A stretch of 64,000 nt of DNA from Raillietiella orientalis. Taxonomy: Eukaryota. A program made the position numbers and the translations under genes. The notes under the pieces were generated by a model that had not been told where the DNA came from, ran no database searches, and saw only the letters and a program-made list of their open reading frames with translations. The stretch covers positions 1,922,001 to 1,986,000 of the forward strand of contig JAYWIR010000041.1 in the NCBI GenBank assembly GCA_036172245.1, read 5' to 3'. Every line of letters starts with the position of its first letter. Position 1 is the stretch's first letter. Positions 59,342 through 64,000 of this stretch are shown here, piece by piece.

Positions 59342-62300
59342 AGGTCTCTTTCATGAGGAACAAAGACGGTATACAGATTCTTAAAGGGCCAAACAAGAGT
59401 GGTGTTCTTTTTTGTCCTGCTCAAAGGCCGCTCTCAAACCAAGAAACTCGCTTCCCGTGAGTTTCGCATTCCAATTTCGAACTGTGCTTTCACGCAAGCG
59501 GACGACGAGATGTTAGAGAAGGATGGTATCCAACGCAGTGCAGCGTTCCATTCCCTTGTGATTTGCATCCTCAGCGTACAGCTCACACTTAATAGTCCAC
59601 GTAGGGTAAGAGAAAGAAGCACAGGAGAATAGCCTCACATGCCATGTGGCAGCATGCGTTATCGCGGTCGAGCCAAAGGTGTTTTTTGAGTCAACACATC
59701 GAAGGGTCTTCCGAATTTCGTTTTTTCCTGGATGTGAGCTGTTGCTGAGTTGCCGTCGTAGACGTCTGTCGCGAATGCCTCAAAACGAAACAGCATCTGA
59801 AGCGCACATTTGATACCAACAGACGGAGGTTTCTGTACTGCCGCCAAAAGACCCTAACTGATATTGGAATTGACAGTGTCACTGTACGGCTCTCTGATTG
59901 GTGTGCCCTTCTTACTTGGGAAATCAACTGGTGTCCGAGGTAGCTGACGTAACTTACCTTACTGATGGACTGTGAGCGAAGTTCACCAAAATCATGGCCC
60001 ATTCATGCATCAACCGTGCACTATGAATTACCAGACAAAACTACTTATTGGACACCTCATGTCAAAGAAATGGACATTTGTTTTTCATATGACAGCATTG
60101 CTGGAAACATTTCTCAGACAGAACTGTGTTTTGTTCCGTCTAATGGATCTGCAGTGTGTGCAGCCTCCATGACCTTTTCGTGCCCGTAGTCCGCTGTCCT
60201 TGCGTGATTTCCTGAACGTGAAATGCTAAAAGCAAATAAGCTGAAAAGACTTTCTACCTTTTACGAAATTCTTGCACTGACTTGTCTGATTCGAAACGGA
60301 AGCTTCGGCACTTCTTTGCATTTCCACGGCACACCGAGCTCCGGATCCTTGCACTTCTGGCCCCAACTTCAAAGGGCATGCGGTCGCAGAAGAATCAACA
60401 CTTTGTCATGAGATGAAACACTTTCTAGACGAGGAAGCAGAGGGGAACAGTCGCTCTTGAATTCCGATTTCCTCATGCGGAAATGGGTGCATTGCAAAGG
60501 GCAAACTTTCGGCTCCCTATACCCAATCTTTTCTCCGTTGATACGGGCATACGTGACATTCGCCATATCAAGCCCTTTTCGAAAAGTGTGCTTCCTTGAT
60601 AGTCACCGATTGACCTCAACGAAAAGTTTCATTTGCCGTCCGTAAAGTACGTCGACTGTTGATCTGCTAATTAGCGGTGCAAGATGCTTTGTTCCTTGGT
60701 TTCATAGAGTTCATGAGTAAGTAGAAAAGGAAAAGCTATCGGGTGCAATCACGGCTGTTTATTTGGTACGATGCTGTTCATGGAAGAGTCTTTGATGTGG
60801 CGATAAGCATTTGCTTCCCTGTGGCAAAATTGCAATTTTGGAAGGACAATGAGGAATGTTCAAGGTCTAACATCAACCCACTCTGAAACTTTGATGATGG
60901 GGAGATGATGGTCAGTTTATGATTTGTTAGGGCGGACATGAAGGGAGCACCATCAGCTTTGCTGAGCGATGCTGTCTCCTGGCTCTGCCGGTTTCGATGT
61001 GTGGCGTCTTCCTGGAAATGAGTCTTGGAAAGCGACTTCCTTGTGCTTTACAGAAGAAGGGCATATGGGTTACCTTGCAAGGATAGCAAAGGTGCGCATG
61101 TTGTGAGTAAGAATGTCCAATTTTAGGTCCCAATTCCCATATGCACGTTAAGGATTCTTAGGGAAATTATCGGAAATGCATCGACGTACTGTGAAAGCAA
61201 AAGAAACTGAGAGAGCTGTATTGGGGTCGACCTTTTGCGTGTCACCGCGAAATACTCTATTTGAAACATACTTGATTTATTTATTTTGAAATACTTTATT
61301 TGTTTCGAGACGTAATGTTGGGAGGAGAGTGAAGGGGAGAAGGTGAGGTGAATGGTGAGCATAATGTTTTGGGATTAATGGTACTGTCGGAGGAGGGTGG
61401 TGGTATTTGCGGTGTTCGAATGATGATTGTATGATAAATGATGATGGTAAAGTAGTGGAGAATAAGGGGTCCGAATATATGGGCATGGAATGCGGAAATG
61501 AATCGATTCATAATGGAATTCATTGTAGTAATAATAATCGGCAATGTATTGCAATTTGTTATTTTCAATCCTAATGTTTGATTGTTCTAATAAAGTCTTG
61601 AGGGTCGCTAGACTTCAAGTGAAAAAAACTGCTGCCACAGATTCGGGAACTTTGACTGAATGAGATCCGTGGATGATCTATTACAGGGGTGTCGAACTGG
61701 CGGCCCTCGATGTGATGTTATGTGGCCCGCCATGCCCAGAAATGAAATGAAAAAGAAAACACACACGCGCGCACACAATATGTAACGAAGAAAATAGATA
61801 ATAACCACCGCGTCGTTGCTATGGCATCCGCTACGATGCACTGCTCAACCGTGGGAGACCTGTGGGAGATTCATAAATGCATCGTGAGAAATAGTCCGAG
61901 TTTTTGTAATGCTTTCCTCTAATTCTAAGCAAAGGCATTTGCTGTAGTTTCTTTGTTCCGATCGTCCTTCCAAGCATTTGTGGGCCGTGTTTCTTCTATA
62001 AATTCTTTTCCAGAAATGTAAGTACTTACACCTTGCTCGGACAAGCCACTTTTGGAAGATGCCCTGTGGCCACGGCTCGTATTATGCGGACGAAGACGTT
62101 CCTGCATACGTACTAAGGTTCAAGTACGAAAGATGTCAAGTGATATGTAGGATGCACGTGTGTCTGCATTCAGAAGGAAGAAACATTACAGCCTGAACGC
62201 TGCTTTGCTCATGCTGATTTATCAGAGGCTTCTCGGACATTCGTTCCCTTCCCAAAAATAGCGTGTCACTTTCTCGCGGAATCTCTTCGTTGGCCTGATG

Positions 62301-64000
62301 GAACTGCTATTCGATAGCTGCCGAGCTGCCTCAGCAGTGCAGTCTGGCCGGTAAAACACGAAGTTGTTTTCACGTTGGTGACAATCAGCAACCATCCTTT
62401 GGGTCTCATCACTGCAGAGTTAGTTTTCGCCGCCAAAAGTAGTGAAGCTGAGGATCCTCCGGTATCAGAGGATCACGATGGCGAGAAGCGGACAGATCCT
62501 ACCGCATAACGTGCAGAAACTGAATGTATCTCAGAAAATCAGCGTCCTCGATTACCGCTCCATACGTGCGTCTTGCTTCCACCTCTTCAGATACCTCCCG
62601 AATCCCACAATCCTACCTCATCTATGTCAAACATATGGGAAGAAAAATGAACTGTATTGGAGCTGTGTCGGGGTCCTAACGGACTCTGGGCTAAATGAGA
62701 CCTCGGCGACACGATGAGCCAGCGAACCGTTTAAGGAAACATCCGGAAGCCCTCCCATGCGCTACGCGCAGCCGCGTTTTTTGCGTCGACACGTGACTGG
62801 GCAGTCTGTCGCTCTCTCGGCCGAAGTATTTCACGTAAGCAGGAAGTGCCGCGAACGGACCGTGCAATGATGGCCCTTCCTGCCCTTGATTTCATTCAGC
62901 CCACTGATGGGGAACACTGAACCTTTGGATTGCAAGTTACAAAGGGTCCCAAGGACTTTTCAGGAGTTTGCATGAGGTCCACTCTGGAACAGATTTGCAG
63001 AAGTAAAAACAAGCTGGTACAAAAACGGAGCATGGCAAAAGATGGATGCGACTCTTGTCCGTCGTTCCTTTTGCTGGTAACGCACTCTGTTGGGCGGAGT
63101 ACTCGTCTTCCTTCGTTGACATGTTCTCCTCTAACAGGCCCGTGACTCGCTATCTGGACCAGCTGCCCTTCAACATCCCCGGAGATCTGTTTAGCTGTCT
63201 TTTGCTGTCAATCCTTCAAGAAAAGGCTCTCTTTGATCATTTTTCAGCTCGTTGCGATTCGTTCCGTCAGCACAGCGCATACCGCAACAGGAATGAAAAC
63301 TGTAAATATCTTTGTGACCTGCCACAGTCGTCACTAACCTATTTTCTACTATTCCTATTCCTTATCGGCCAACACATCATTCGCTTTTCATGAGGAAATT
63401 TTTTTGTTTCCAGCCCCACTCTAAGCATTATAAGGCACCGCCTTATTATCAGTGCGATTCCCACAAGAACTCTCTTCCCCAGCTGATGGAGGGGGATAGC
63501 AACCTTCAAACCACTCATCACTGCATCACTTGATGGCAAGGCAACTGTTGTCATCATCATCGTGGCAAACTTTGAATCCTCCAATCTGTGACTCGATGTA
63601 GCGGTATTGACTTTAATAATAAAGTGCGTCGCAGATCTTTGAAAGAAATTACCACAAAAGAATGATCCTATGATGAAGACTTCCGGTTAGAAACACGGAA
63701 CTGCAGTAGCAAGGTGGCTAGTTCCCGGAATTTTTTCCAGGTGTGGTTTGCGTTAGCAGCGCAGCAGCTTTTTAACAGATCAACAGAAAGAAACGTGTGC
63801 TCTTGCTTCCTATGCCTGGCTTTCTTTGCTGAGGCATCCGTTCTACCCCGAAACGGTTGGCCTCGTCTTCGTGACCTCCAAACATCTAAAATGCGCGATC
63901 GAGAAAAAACCGCAGACGCTTTTCGTCTGACCTCCGCTTCATGGATTCCAAGATTATCCGGTTCAATATCACGTCAAGTCCCAGCATTTCATTATGGGGA

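Noticed and set aside
59400..64000. Short ORFs, some Cys-rich
   Set aside because: No recognisable homology or gene model.

Overview
Eukaryotic, most likely arthropod, genomic DNA. Two GC-rich nests (about 1-12.4 kb and 31.3-52.7 kb, plus isolated copies at about 20.4 and 57.7 kb) hold about 20 full, truncated or nested copies of several subfamilies of one L1/Tx1-like non-LTR retrotransposon lineage. ORF1 carries two CCHC knuckles and ORF2 encodes APE endonuclease + RT + a C-terminal Cys/His zinc finger. One copy is near full length (46198-52111). The intervening host DNA contains a spliced mRpL50 gene and a spliced arthropod-type CUB-like secreted protein gene, both with some 43-47 nt introns. 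The most striking pattern is three antisense insertions at the same nucleotide of the conserved RT 'KAFD' motif in three different host copies. The elements also end in a conserved AATAAA-hairpin-GAAAA terminus instead of a poly(A) tail, carry a covarying 3'UTR stem-loop, overlap the ORF1 stop with the ORF2 start (TAATG/TGATG), and appear to lack the endonuclease specificity hairpin. One nested insertion creates an in-frame ORF1-ORF2 chimera. All calls were made by eye and boundaries of decayed fragments are approximate.
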